Below, piece after piece: positions 49,060 to 61,525 of a stretch of 64,000 bases of DNA. The translations under genes were made by a program, and so were the position numbers. The stretch is from Camelus ferus (taxonomy: Eukaryota): NCBI RefSeq assembly GCF_009834535.1, contig NC_045696.1:92196001-92260000 (forward strand). Reading direction: 5' to 3'. The notes below the pieces were generated by a model. The model saw only the letters and a list, made by a program, of their open reading frames with translations. It searched no databases and had not been told where the DNA came from. Position 1 is the first letter of the stretch; every line of letters starts with the position of its first letter.

Positions 49060-49960
49060 TGTCTCCTTGCCTCTATTCCCAGTCCTCTCCAGTTTGCTGT
49101 CTGCACGGTGACTGTTGTGACCAGAATGAGCTTCCTAAAATGCATCTGGCCAAGTGACACCTGGACTTAAATATTTCAGTGACTCCTCATCACAAAATAG
49201 ATAAATCCCAAGCTTCACAGCATGGCTTCCAACGTTCGTCGTAACCTTCCCAGTCATCACGCATCACTTCCTCTCCCACAGAGGTCCTTCTCCAGGTCAT
49301 GCTGGTTAAGATTCCCATGCTTCTCTCCCTGAAGTTTATTTACCAATTCATTTAGAAAATACTTATCTAGCCGCATAATTCCTCAGAACCATGCCAGATG
49401 GTGGGGGCTGAAAAGGCAAATGATAATAATGGCTTCTCTTTCCTGGAGCTCCCAGTCCAGTGGGGAAGACAGAAAAATACCACGTCCTGGTCAGAGAGGC
49501 TGTGCTGGGAACGCACAGGGAGGCTCCAGCTAGACTGGGATGCTCAGGAGAGCAGCCATCAAGCCTAGGTCTTAGTAAGAAAAAAGAAAGAAAAAAAAAA
49601 AAAAAAAAAGGAGTGCTTGTGGCTTTTTAACTCTTATCCACCTGACAGATTCCTATTTATCCTTCAAAATCCCTAGCAGCCACCTTCCCCATTCCCTGGA
49701 AGAGGTGGTCACTTCATTGTCTGTGCTATTTCTGTGTCTCATAACTCTTTTGATCATGTCATTGTTAAACTGCTCTTTCCCTTGTTAAGTCTTTGACTCT
49801 CTTCCATCCTATAGCACTTGTTCTTTTGTACTAAGCACAGATATCTCTTCCTCCAGGAAGCCTTCCATGATCTCCTCTTAGGCAGCCCTCGTATGTGTTC
49901 CCACAGCATCTCATATTTCTCTCCGAGCACTGGTCACACTATGATTCATTCATTCATTCC
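49060..49960. mobile_element. Cluster of L2 fragments in both orientations, with a poly-A tract
   Basis: ccagaatgagcttcctaaaatgcatctg (sense L2); attcatttagaaaatacttat...ggagctcccagtccagtggggaagacag (antisense L2 end). Confidence 0.55.
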
Positions 49961-51279
49961 ATAAATGAGCACATATCCAGCACCTTCTCTGACCTAGGGA
50001 TTTGTTCTGAACTGATAATCTAGCAAGAAATAAGTCAGATGAAAAAAGTTATCACCAGCAAATAATCGCAGGGTGTCTTCTGGGGGCACACAGCCCAAGG
50101 ATCTCATCAGCCTGGGAATCAGGTCACAGCCCCCTCATCTCTCCCTGCCTGCGGGCTGCATGAGGGTGGCCGCTAGGGGTCTGCCCTGTCTTTTCTCCTG
50201 TTTCCCCAGCACAGCAAACATCTGGCTCATCCTTGGGAGATCCATGGACACACAAATGAATGAGAGCAGTGCTGGATTCCATGCTTTCCAGGGACAATAG
50301 AATCAGCCAGTTTCTGCCCTCTGAGAGCTCACAAAATGAGACGCGGAGGGCATCTGAGGCAGCCCATCCACCAGCAGGACCAGGGCAGCCCACCAGCCCT
50401 CCCTGGGAGGTGCTGGAAGGGAGGGCAACTGCTCCAATCCTCTCGCTTGACCTTGGGAATGGTGTGACAGGTAACAAAGCCAGACAGAGGGTCACTTTTA
50501 GAAACGAGTCTCAGGGCCAGTCTCGCCTCCTCTCTTCAGCCAGCAGTTCAAGTATCACGGCTGAAAGCAGCTCAGCCAAGGTGGGCTGCCAATTCTGCTC
50601 AGTAAGGTCCAAAGGCAAGGGTGGCGAGAGGATGGAGATATGGGGGGAGGTAAAGTAAAAACCCATGAAACATAGCGAAGTCCCACAGAAAGCTTGTTTC
50701 CAGTCGCTGTAAGCAGAGCCGCACCAGAACTTCATCTCCTGTTTCCCTCTCGTCAGCCTGAAGAAATCCCCATGGCTAGACTGTCAGCTCTAATTTAGCT
50801 CCTGCTCATTACCTCCTCACCCATTTTCTGTAATTGCATTTTGGGTAGCCTCCTCCTCCTCTCGTTTTAATTAGTTGTCAGATATAAAATGAGCATTGGC
50901 GGTATCTTCTGCTTTGCCTGCTTGGAGATGCTCCTTTGTGTACTGTCATTATCCAGGTGTTAGGATGAAGCTTTTATTTGTAAATGAGCCTCTTGTCTCA
51001 CTGATCCCTCAACATGGTGGGGAAGTAGTAAAAAGGCAAAGGTACACATTTACCCTGCAGAGGAAAATTCTGTCCTTTAGGCAAACTGAGGGGGCGGACA
51101 TAAACACAAGCCAGTCCAGCAAACTCTGAGCGCCCCTCATGCTGTAGAAAAGGCTGGGAGGATTTTAATTTTCCACCTTGGCTACTGATGACATAGATCA
51201 GGCTTAGACAAGCCACAATAAGAAGGAGAAGGGTTTTCAGGATCCAGGAATATCTTTTCTTCTTAACTCAGAGAAGAGG

Positions 51280-51677
51280 AACTCTTAGCCCTGTAAGCCA
51301 GGGCCCTTTAAATTTCCTTTGGGAATCTGCATTGTGTGGCTGGGGTGGATTTAAACCCTTCCCCAGCTTTAGGGGTGGTTCTTGACTGAAGTCAGTTCTT
51401 CAGGAACTGGTTCAGGCATAGACACACAACCTTGTCAGAGCCAGTGGGACACGAAGCTTGGCACCTCTGCAGCCGTCTTGTCACTCTGAGGGCAGCCTGA
51501 GAATGGAACCTAACTGCAGTTTGCAGAGCTCATAGTCTGATCCCTGGGTCAAGCCAAAAGGTCTGCTGTCCATACGAGCCTAGAAATACCTGCTTTTGCT
51601 TAAGCTAATGATTTTGCTTTGCTTTGAACTGGGTTTTCTGTTTACTTACTTACTCAAGAAGGCTTCTGATGGATTCA
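51280..51677 (+). mobile_element. Old MLT1 (K/L-like) LTR
   Basis: ctggttcaggcatagacac...cagagccagtgg...gcagccgtcttgtcac...ttgcttaagct...ctgggttttctgtttactt. Confidence 0.6.
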
Positions 51678-52639
51678 CACTCAATAGAGCTAAAAATAAC
51701 GGATTTCATTCCTAACTTCATCCAGCTGAGGCCTCTAACACCAACGTACAAATCTCCGAATCCCCACACATTTCCTATCAGCGTGTTGCCCCACGGCAGG
51801 TCCCCCATTAGGCATTTATGCTGCCCTCCCAGAAGTGGCTCCCCATGGCCTTGCCTTGCTTAACCCAAGCACACCAGAGGCACAGCCCCCACCATACAAG
51901 AGGACAGCACCCCAACAGGTTCCCCCATTTTTTAGCCTCACTATTGGAGTAGCTCAACTGCACGGCTGACTGAAATTATGAAACTTTCACTTGGGCTCTC
52001 ATATTGCAAAGGGTGTAGGAAAATAATCTTATAAATGTACTCTTTATAAATGTCGAGTGTACAGGACAAACTCTGGGTGAACAATATGAATAGACTTGGG
52101 TGTACACAGGTGTGTTTCTCCTGTGAGTACAGGAGCTATGGCAGGACTTTTTGAGGTCTTTAGGGCTCTGTGCACGGGAGGGAAAGTCAGGAGATAAGAC
52201 CTTCATTCAAGGCATCCAAACAAAACTAAAATGTCAGCTCTCAGCTGCCCTCTTACTTTGAAATCTCTTATAGGGAAAGCTCACCTGATTGTGGACTATG
52301 AGTTATGGATTCTGGCCCCAGTCTGTGGAATTTGATGGAATCTTTGTCTACCCTCCTCTGGACAGTGATGCCAAGAGCTGTTCAGGCTCTAACACTGGTT
52401 CTAAAATAAAGGCCCTTTCACCGAGCTGCCACCAGGGAGTTGTGCTGAACTTGCCCACATCACGACTGTTAGAGCTGGAAGGGGCCTTACATGCCTGGTC
52501 CAGCCGTTCGCGTCTCAAGGGCAGAGATGGGGACATGGCAGTGGCTGTGAGCGTGTGCACACTGGAGGTGGGTGGGGTGGCAGGGAAACAGGCGGCTGGT
52601 GGAGAGTCCAGGAGTGGGAGATGCGGGCTCTGCCGTCCC

Positions 52640-52720
52640 TACCACTGGCCTTGAACAAGACTTTCCCCTCTTCCTACCTCTGTTTTTCTCATCTGTAAAG
52701 GGGGTGATGATCACAAAGAC
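52640..52720 (+). mobile_element. MIR fragment
   Basis: ggccttgaacaagactttcccctc...ctgtttttctcatctgtaaagggggtgatga. Confidence 0.6.
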
Positions 52721-54009
52721 TAATTCTCCCTCTCACAGCCTTGAGACCATGTTTATAAATTGTCATCAGTTCCAACAAATTGCCCTTATCTGGGCCTGGG
52801 GAAAACCTTGTGCCCCCCACTTGCTGATGGTTTTGCAATGATTTGTTTTATTTTTGGATTGCAGGTTAGCCAATGAGGGCGACTCATCCTTTTGCAACTG
52901 CACTGGGGGAGATGAGGGTGTGTGTGCGTGTGTGTGTGTCCGTGTAGACTTTCCTGCCTTTTCTTCTCAGGTTCTTCCCTGAACCCAACTCACACAACGT
53001 ATGGAACATCAGGCTGCCCATCTGTCCCGCCCGCCGTGTCTCAGCGCCGGACAGCCTCTGCGAGGGAAGAAAAGGCACGTGGCCGGCCGCCACCGGTAAT
53101 TCAGAGGGCAAGCAAATTGTGAGCAGTTCTGAAGAAGGATTTTATCCACGAAAGGAGGAAATGAGGAAGAAATATTCTAAGGCAATTTTGTAAAAATACA
53201 AAAGCCTCTTCTTTTTTAGCATGTACACACCATGGCATTTATTCAAGGTAGACTTTCCAGGAAAAGTGACAAGCCTAAAATTCTCTCGTTACATGTTTAA
53301 TATTCATGCACCATTTAAATTCTGTGGGTATTCTGGTCTTAAGATAGTTCACTCTGTGTTATACAGAGAAACTGGTAAACTCTCTGAGGGAAGTTGTCCT
53401 TTTAAAATCATTTCTCATGTCTCAGAGGCACTTTATAAATACTTCATGTAGTTGTGGTTGTGTTCTTATACTACTATGCGAGGTGGCGAGTTTACACTGG
53501 CCTTGGCAACTGGAATGGGACTCATGCAGTGTGTCACAAAAATAATATCAGCCATGTTAAGCATTTCATGTCATGCTCTCCTAATGTCAAAATATTTAGT
53601 GCATGAGCGCGTCTCTAAGGCAGAGGGAGCCGAGCCAGGAGTTCATCCTGCACATATGCAACACATGGAAAAGAAGCCCACACAGTTTAGTCTTAAGACT
53701 CACTGCATTTGCTCTAGAAGGTTCCCTTGGTTAGGGCAGAGCTAAGGCAGGCGATGGATGGAAGGGGAGGTGGGCTCAATCTGCCTGCCCCAGGGGCCGT
53801 CCCAGGACGCCGGCTCTAAGAACCCTGAGGCCATCCCTGAGCTGGGCAGCCTTTCCACCTGCAGTTCAGGTGGAAATGTCCCAGGCCAGCTCCAGGGGCT
53901 AGGTCTGGGGACAGCAGCCACCTAGGTGGGTAAAAGCACAGCCGGCACCTGGCTCAGCGGATACCGGGTCTCCCACGTATCCACCTCTTTCCATCTGGTG
54001 AGGAATGGG

Positions 54010-54182
54010 CTCCGGCCCCACTGCTGCCTCAGAGTCATGGGGGCTGCCTTTAAAACCCCTGTGCCTGGTGCCCACCTTGGGAGCTTCTCATTCAAAAGGG
54101 CTGGGTGGAGACCAGTTGTCTGCACTGCAAAAAGCATCACCGGACAACCTGCTGTGCAGCCGGAGGTGGGGAGGAACACCTC
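54010..54182. mobile_element. MER5-like MITE (degraded)
   Basis: agagtcatgggggctgcctttaaaa...gtgcctggtgcccacc...ctgcactgcaaaaagcatcacc. Confidence 0.55.
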
Positions 54183-54639
54183 TGGAGAGACTCAGCCTCT
54201 CCAAGGTGTGGACCATTTTACTTTATGACTTCATTCCTTCGAGGATGAAGTGTGGAAGGGCTGCCTGAATGAACACAGAACATGATGATCGCGGAGTCAG
54301 TGCGCTCTGCCTGGGAGTTACTGCCTGGAGGTTTGTGGAGATCAGGGCCCTGAAGGCATGGGGTTCCTTCTCTCCTTTGCTGCTTAGATCTGGACCCAGC
54401 CCTGTCTGGCGGGACCGCATAATGTGCCCTTCCCGACCATTGGTCAGCCCAGGAGGACTCCTTTGGGGAGGACGGCATTCTACACGAGGTTCTGTGTGTG
54501 CTCAGCTGAAAAGTGAGCAAGTGACCCCCCTCCACCATTATGCTTCCTCTGTCTTCTCGTAAATTTTATCTTTAAATACCTGCCTGTTCACCTCGCCACA
54601 TACATCCGTGTGACGTTTTATAGAACTGGCAAAATGCTT

Positions 54640-54895
54640 TTACTAGTTAGGGTTCTCTAGAGAAACAAAAGCTTAAAAGTCCTTTTAAAATTCCTTACTA
54701 TATAGCTCTTTATATATAAATATTTACATATTTATATATATTTTCTATATAACTGTGTAAGTTATATAGATAACTATATTTCCTATTTTATTTTTCTATA
54801 TATAACTATATAGAAAATATATGAATATATTTACATACAGAGAGATTACCTATATATGTATATATATGAGAGATTTATTGTATGGAACTAGTCAC
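54640..54895 (-). mobile_element. MLT2-like LTR terminal fragment with expanded AT-rich low-complexity sequence
   Basis: tagttagggttctctagagaaacaaaa ... tatatatgagagatttattgtatggaactag. Confidence 0.6.
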
Positions 54896-55334
54896 TGCTC
54901 CATAACAGTGCTCCTGCTTCTCTGTCCTCCTTCCTCTTCTGCTCCCTCCTGCATCTCCTCCTTCGGAGATTTCAGATTTCCACCCACACGCCCAGTCCAG
55001 GAACCCAGGCAACCTCCTCTGCTCAGGGAGACCTCTCATTCTGCATCCCAAGGTCACCAAGTCCTGCTGATTCCTCCTTCCTGTACATCTTTAGTACCAC
55101 TGCCTCATCACCTGACTCCCAGTTAATCTCCCTGCCTCCAGTCTCAGCCCTCTCTCCCTCTGACCTAGCCAGAAAGCACAGTCACATTGCTGCCAGAAAG
55201 CAGTTCTGATACATCTGACCATGTCCTACTCCTGATCCAAGTTTTTAGATGGCTTTTCATAAGCTACAAGGAGGGTTTAAAACTTTTTGGGGGGCAGAAG
55301 GATGCTTTTTCTTCCCCTTCAAAATGTAATATAA

Positions 55335-55830
55335 AGCACTAAAAAGAAATGAGCTATTAAACCATGAAAAGACATGCAGGAAACAAATGCACATTACTAA
55401 GTGAAAGAAGCCAATATGAAAAGGCTACATACTGTAGGGTGTCCACACTACATTAAATTCTGGAAAACATGAAACTATGGAAACAGTAAAAGGAGCAGTG
55501 GAGGCCAGGGGTTGGGGGCAGAGAGATACACAGAGAGAGCACAGAGGATTCCTAGGACCGTGAAACTACTCTGGGTGATCCCGTAATGGTAGATACACAT
55601 CATTACATTTGTCCAAATCCGAAGAATGCAGAACACCAAAGTTATACATATCCCTAATGTAAATATAGCCTTTGGGTGACAATGATGTGTCAGTGTGGGA
55701 CTGTTAACAAATGTACTACTGTGGTGTGGGATGTGGATAGTGGGGGACGCTGTGTGGATGTGATGTAAGGGGAACTTTCTGTGCCTTCTGCTCAATGTTG
55801 CTGTGAACCTACAACTGCTTTATAAAGTCA
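55335..55830 (+). mobile_element. L1MC-like 3' end
   Basis: aaatgagctattaaaccatgaaaagacatg...ctaagtgaaagaagccaa...aatggtagatacacatcattacatttgtccaaa...gaacctacaactgctttat. Confidence 0.88.
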
Positions 55831-56269
55831 TTTCTGACATATTACATTTTGAAATTTTTATTATATGTAAAAAATTTAAATTTACATTAAAATTTTTTGT
55901 ATTTTTCTTTAGGAAAAGGAGAATTACCTTGATGGAAGTTGTGGCAATGGAAGGAGGAGACAGAGAGAGGTGGAGCCCTGTCTGGCCCTCATCCCCCCAG
56001 TGTTCCCCAAGACCTTGGGGCTATAGGACTTGGGGGGACACCAGAGACCTAGAGGACAAGGACTCAGTGCCTCAGCAAGGGCCCTCCTGATCAGGCCTAG
56101 ACTTCCTTCCTGGCTTGGTTCTTGTGGTTCCCCAACGCTTTGCACTGACAGTAGTCTACATCTCCATTATTGCTTCCCCCAGTACCCCCAGCTCCGTGGG
56201 TCTCCCTCCCCACCATTGTGGGCATTGCCCCCTCCGTCTTGCGTCCTTCACTCTCTTTCTCTGCTTGAT

Positions 56270-56553
56270 GACTCCCTCCCAGTCTTAACTCAAGACTCAA
56301 CTCAACCTTCCCTGGGAAGCTGCCCCAGATTCCCCAGGAGACCTTCCTCTCGCTTGGTGGGCCTACCCTCCATTATGGCATCCCCCCAACGTGCTGTCTG
56401 TGCTTGCCCCCTGACTCCTACTACACTGTGCGTGGTGTGACAGCAGGGCCATTGCCCTCATCTTGGTATCCCCTGTAACCAGCGCAGTGCCTGGCTTCCT
56501 AAATGTTTGCTGAGAATGAATGAATGAATGAATGAATGAATGAATGAATGAAT
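56270..56553 (+). mobile_element. L2 3' end with expanded (GAAT)n tail
   Basis: agcgcagtgcctggcttcctaaatgtttgctga followed by about 10 GAAT units (56514-56553). Confidence 0.8.
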
Positions 56554-57515
56554 ACGCAAATTCTCCTCTTCCTCTCTCAGAAGATGATCCCACTTGCCCC
56601 TAGACTGAGATGATGTTCAGCCACTCTTTGGTGGATTTACTCCTTTCCCATCAGTTTCTTTGACTTTGGGTCTTGATAGCAGTGGTCAGTGAATTTATAA
56701 ACCAGTTTGGCCACAGCAGTCCACAGCTGGGTTTCCACTTAATTCCCCCACCCCCATTTCTCTTGTTGGCACAGCTGTGTTCCTTCAGATGTATCTTCAG
56801 TTCATCCTCCAGTTATTTCACCTTTCTGCTCCCATTACACCTGCTCTCAGTTTATCCAAAGGAAGCTTGACGGGGCAAGTAATTCCCAGCCTATTCTCCT
56901 CTGGTAGAGAAGAAAGTCAGCATCGTTAACTTTAATATGACCTTTAGAGCATTTCAGTAAAAGACATCTATAGTCACGTGACTGCTTAGAACACTTAATG
57001 CTTAATTTCCTAAGTCTCAGTTGAACACGAGCTGTAACTGAGCTGAGACCCCAAGCCTACAGCAGTAAACCCGACTTCACCTGGACTTGAGAGCTGTGGT
57101 CTGCAGAGCCCGAGAAATTACCTAAGGCTGGTGCATTATTCCTTTCTATGATTTTTTTGGTCTCCAATGGCCTACAGAGGCAGCTCAGAAAAGTTCTCAA
57201 AGAACACTTATTCAAGCTTTGTTACCTGTTTGGAATGAAGCCAATCAGCCCCATGAACTTCTGGTTTCCTCCTATTTTTCATGCAGTATCTTACCACAAG
57301 TGTTCAAGCTCTCAGAAAAAACTCAAATTAGGGCTTGCTGCTGCTGAATCAAGTCTGTTTCAAAGCTCACCAAAATACCTACAGCTCACACACAATGAGA
57401 TTTTTTTTTAAAAACTGGTCTGCCCTTTGGAGACTCATTTACACGTGGCACTTCATAGGCACATGAATTTTTTTATAGTCTTAAGGGCTTTTGGTTGAGT
57501 CTTCTATGTACTTTT

Positions 57516-57806
57516 TTTTTCTTTTTCTTTTTTATTGAAGTATAGTCAGTTTACAATGTGTCAATCTCTGGTGTACAGCATAATAGTTCAGTCATACATA
57601 TACATACATATATTCATCTTCATATTCTTTTTCATTATAGGTTACTACAAGATATTGAATACAGTTCCCTGTGCTATACAGTATAAACTTGTTGTTAATC
57701 TATTTTATATATAGTAGTTAGTATCTGCAAGTCTCGAACTCCCAATTTGTCCCTTCCCACCCCCTTTCCCTCTGGTAACCATAAGTTTGTTTTCTATGTG
57801 AGTCTG
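57516..57806 (-). mobile_element. Short L1 3'-end insertion
   Basis: poly-T followed by ttgaagtatagtcagtttacaatgtgtc. TSD ctatgtactttt at 57504-57515 and 57807-57818, with extra tgagtct microhomology at the 5' junction. Confidence 0.92.
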
Positions 57807-58149
57807 CTATGTACTTTTGACTAAATTTATTTTCCATCACAGATATTGCTTCTATGAGATAATTGTCTATGATTGTTCACTGTATTTCTGAATTTCTTTC
57901 AATAATAAATAATGAATAGTTATTTACCATTAAATACTCTCAAAAAAACTAAGGTTAGACTATTCCTGATAATGAATCTACAGGGTCTTTCAAATACAAG
58001 TAAATGATAGTAAAATCAGAGCCATAAATTAAGCAAATGTCAAGTGCCCTTAGTCTTACAGTGAACAAAGACCACCCTCGCTTCCTAAATCGTATCATTA
58101 AGGAGACAGCAAAACTCAGGCATCTTTAGCCTTCAATATCCTTGCAATA

Positions 58150-60320
58150 CAGTGAAAGGAGGCAGACTTAGTTGCCACTGTCTTCTATTCATTCACGACC
58201 GTCCCTTCCCTGGTCTCCACACTTTCTTCCACAGGGGTCAAGAGACCCTCCTCCAAGCTCCTCCCCCACCAGCTCCAACTCTCACATCAGCAGTCCCTCT
58301 GTGTTGCAGTCGCTTACCTACCCCTCTTAATCAGTCCCTCTCATCAGAAAGTTTTAGCTCTGTTTCACTGTCACTCTTTTCAATATTGGGTTTGTCATAT
58401 TTTTCAGTGATTTAAATGACCCCAAAGATAATCCTTCTCTGCACTGTTCCCTCTCAGATTCTGGGCCTTTTCTATTCCACTGATCTTGTCTTTTTTTTTT
58501 TTTTTTTTTTTTTTTTTTCAATTGAAGTACAGTCAGTTACAATGTGTTAGTCTCTGGTGTACAGCACAATGTCCCAGTCATGTATATACTCACATATATT
58601 CGTTTTCATATTCTTTTCTGATCTTGTCTTTAACACAACCACAGCCACTCTCCCCCAGTAGACATGCCTTAGACTTTGTCATTACCGATGGCCAAACCCC
58701 CCGTAACCTCGATTGCAAGCATCCGCCTTTCCAACCATCACTTTCTATGCTTGCAAATTACTGTCTCTACTGCTCTTATTCCAACAATCATTTGGGCCCT
58801 CTGGATGTACAATTCACTGATCCTTCTCCTCTTCCGCCTCCTCATTTTACCTCTTGTTCATTTTCCTGGGTCCAGTCCTCATTTTCCCACTGCTCAGGTT
58901 CAGTTCCAAGGTCCATCATTATAATCACCCCTTTGCACAAATCTTCAGCTTCTTGGCCTCTCTTATTTATTTATTTATTTTTTTTACCTTATACCCTTGA
59001 AAAACCCTACGTGGACCTGCATGGCTGAACATGACTGGAGGAAAAACACACAGACATGGAGATGGTCTCACTTCAAATTTATTAGCATGAACCTCAAGTA
59101 GGTTCTTAATGCTGTCTGGCCACTCTGATGTATCCCCCTGGTCCAGTTACTCTTCTGTTCTCTTAGACATCCTCTCTCTTCCCTAACATTCAACACCTCC
59201 CTTTATCCTCACTAAGAGCTGATGACCTTGTTTCTGAGTCTCAAGGAGAATACAGAAGCAGTAAAGGAGAACTTGTAAAGATACCACCACCACCACCACC
59301 CCATCAACCCACCTACCAGCCTCAAAGCCCATGCCTTCCTTCACGTTACTCTCCTCTTGTGTCCTTAAGAAATAATCCCAGGTAGTTTTCCTCTACTTAT
59401 CTTAACCATCTTTTTCCTTCTCAAAAGAATTTCCCCATCAGTATACAAATATGCCATCATTTCTCCCATGTGTAAAGGCTCCCTCTCCGACCACACTTGC
59501 CTGTCCAGCTGCCATTGCATTTTTCTGCTTCTCTTAACAGAAATGTCATCAGAAGAGTAGTCACCTGTCTTTCTCTTGAAGCTACTCCAATCATGCATAA
59601 GCCCCTCTCTCCACCAAAATTGATCTTTTCAAAGTCATCAGTGACTTCCACGTTGCTAAATCTAATGGTCAATTCTTGGTCCTCATCTTGCTTGCCCTAT
59701 GAACAGCATTTGACAGGCTTGGTCACTCCACCCCACCTTGAAATGTTTTCTTCACTTAGATTCCAGGACTCCCTGCTCTCCTGGTTCTCCTCCTCCACAC
59801 CGACTGCTTGTTTTCAGTGTTCTTTGTTGGACTTCCCAGGTCTCAGACCATGTGCTCCTTTTTTCTGTACTACCTGTCTTCACTTCCTTAATATTCTTAT
59901 CCAGTCTTGTGTCTTAAACAGCATCTACATGCTGATGACTCCCAAGTCATCCTAAGTCCGGATCAAATCTCTCTTCTAAATTCTAGATTCACACATTCAT
60001 TTGCCTATATACCTCTTTTCTTGGATGTCTAATAGGTATGTCAGACTTAACGGGTCCCCAGTCAATCAGCTCTCCTGCTTCCTAAGTCTCTCCTCCTTCT
60101 TTCTTCCAAATCTCACTTACTGGCAACCCCATCTTTTCTGTTGCTCAAGGGAGAAACCTTAGAGTCATCTTTGACTCTCCTCTCTTCTTTTGTATCCCAA
60201 GTAGTATCCCACAGATCTGCCTGGCTCGACCTTCAAAACATAGCCATAGTCTGACCACTTCTCACTACTTCCCAGCTACCATCCTGGTCTAGACTCTCCT
60301 AGATTACAGGACTAGGTCTG
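58150..60320 (+). mobile_element. Long L2 LINE with endonuclease/RT remnants, interrupted by a short L1
   Basis: Remnant RHALDFVIT resembles the APE-endonuclease GHTLDLVIT motif; later standard L2 segments (cagcatttgacag...ccttgaaatgttttcttcactt; tgaccacttctcactacttccc). Confidence 0.8.
58494..58617 (-). mobile_element. 124-bp young L1 3'-end insertion
   Basis: Long poly-T followed by caattgaagtacagtcagttacaatgtg. Perfect 14-bp TSD ctgatcttgtcttt at 58480-58493 and 58618-58631. Confidence 0.93.
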
Positions 60321-60962
60321 ATGATCTTGAATTGCCTGAACACCAAGGCTGCCTTTTCCCTTGTCTGAGGGATGTCTGGAAGCCATATGCCTCCACAAGT
60401 CTCACACTCAGATTTTACCATTTCAGATGCATCCTTATGCTGTTAGAACTGCCATCTCTACTTAGTCTTCTTTAAATATTTACATTTGCTGGGAGGAATT
60501 ACATATATATCACTGTGTCCCTAAAGCATTTCAGGTAGATTGTAAAAGTATGTAAAATACATTATAATATAGAAAAAAAGGTGAGACATTTAGGCAAAGG
60601 GAAGATAAGGATAGGAAAAAAAATCCACATGATGCTGTAGGTGAGGTCAGTATACAAATGCATGCCCTGAGGTCCTTTACACTTGCCGAATGGGAATGAC
60701 ATGGAGTCTCTTCCTCGAAAATGTGCTTTAATGTCAGATTTCTTTTTGCTTGCTGGGACCTCCTAAGGCATCATGAACACAGTGGCTTTTGGGCCTGAGC
60801 TGGGGAGCCTTGTGTGGGGCAGGAAGGGCTCTGAAGCAAAGCTGGTCAGGAAGCCCCTTCTCACCTGTGATGGGGTCCTGACCCAGACCCCAGGCATCTC
60901 CTGGTACCCTCCCCAATCTCCCACCTCCCAGCCCACCCCCACGTGATACCCGGAGTACTTAC

Positions 60963-61006
60963 CAAGACCCAAGCAAGAAACTCTGAGTCCTGATTTTCCA
61001 AGATTC
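60963..61006 (-). CDS. KCNAB1: KCNAB1 internal coding exon (44 nt), first exon of the shared AKR core: (R)NLGKSGLRVSCLGL(G)
   Basis: Minus strand reads tatttttattctag|GAATCTTGGAAAATCAGGACTCAGAGTTTCTTGCTTGGGTCTTG|gtaagt. The peptide matches the Kv-beta core start; phase 2 in, phase 1 out. Confidence 0.97.
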
Positions 61007-61279
61007 CTAGAATAAAAATAAAGCAACACATGGTCATCGTTTCTTTGGGTGAATTTTAACTCTGACTATTAAATCTACTTTTGATGGCATTGATCTTGAC
61101 TGGAATCTTGGTAGAGGCAGAGCCCCAGGGGCAGGTCTGTGGTTGGGGAAGAGGCTCTCTCGTCTCCATTTGGGCACTGGGGAGACCCCCAAACGCGCTT
61201 AGGCTCAGTACAACAATGAAGTGGCCCCACAAAACACAGCTTTCCAGTCCTGAATGATCTTCTTTATTAAGTTGCTTCA

Positions 61280-61430
61280 AATTGTATTGTCTCTCTCCTT
61301 CTAGAATGTGAGTTCCTTGAAGGCAAGATCTGTATCTTATTTACCAACCAGTCTTTTCATTATTCATCATTATTCATCAACAAAGCCTGACCCAGTGGAG
61401 CCTTAGTAAATATTTGTTGGCTGAATAACC
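61280..61430 (+). mobile_element. L2 3' end
   Basis: ctagaatgtgagttccttgaaggcaagatctgtatctt...agtaaatatttgttggctgaat. Confidence 0.8.
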
Positions 61431-61523
61431 AACAAACTGACTTCTAAAACATATTATTACCGATGGGGATTATTCAAAGAACAAATACAAAATAATCCTT
61501 TAGGCTATTTAAACTAAATTTTA

Positions 61524-61525
61524 TG

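Noticed and set aside
58486..59028. 180-aa ORF
   Set aside because: Chimera of a poly-T/L1 tail and L2 endonuclease remnant.
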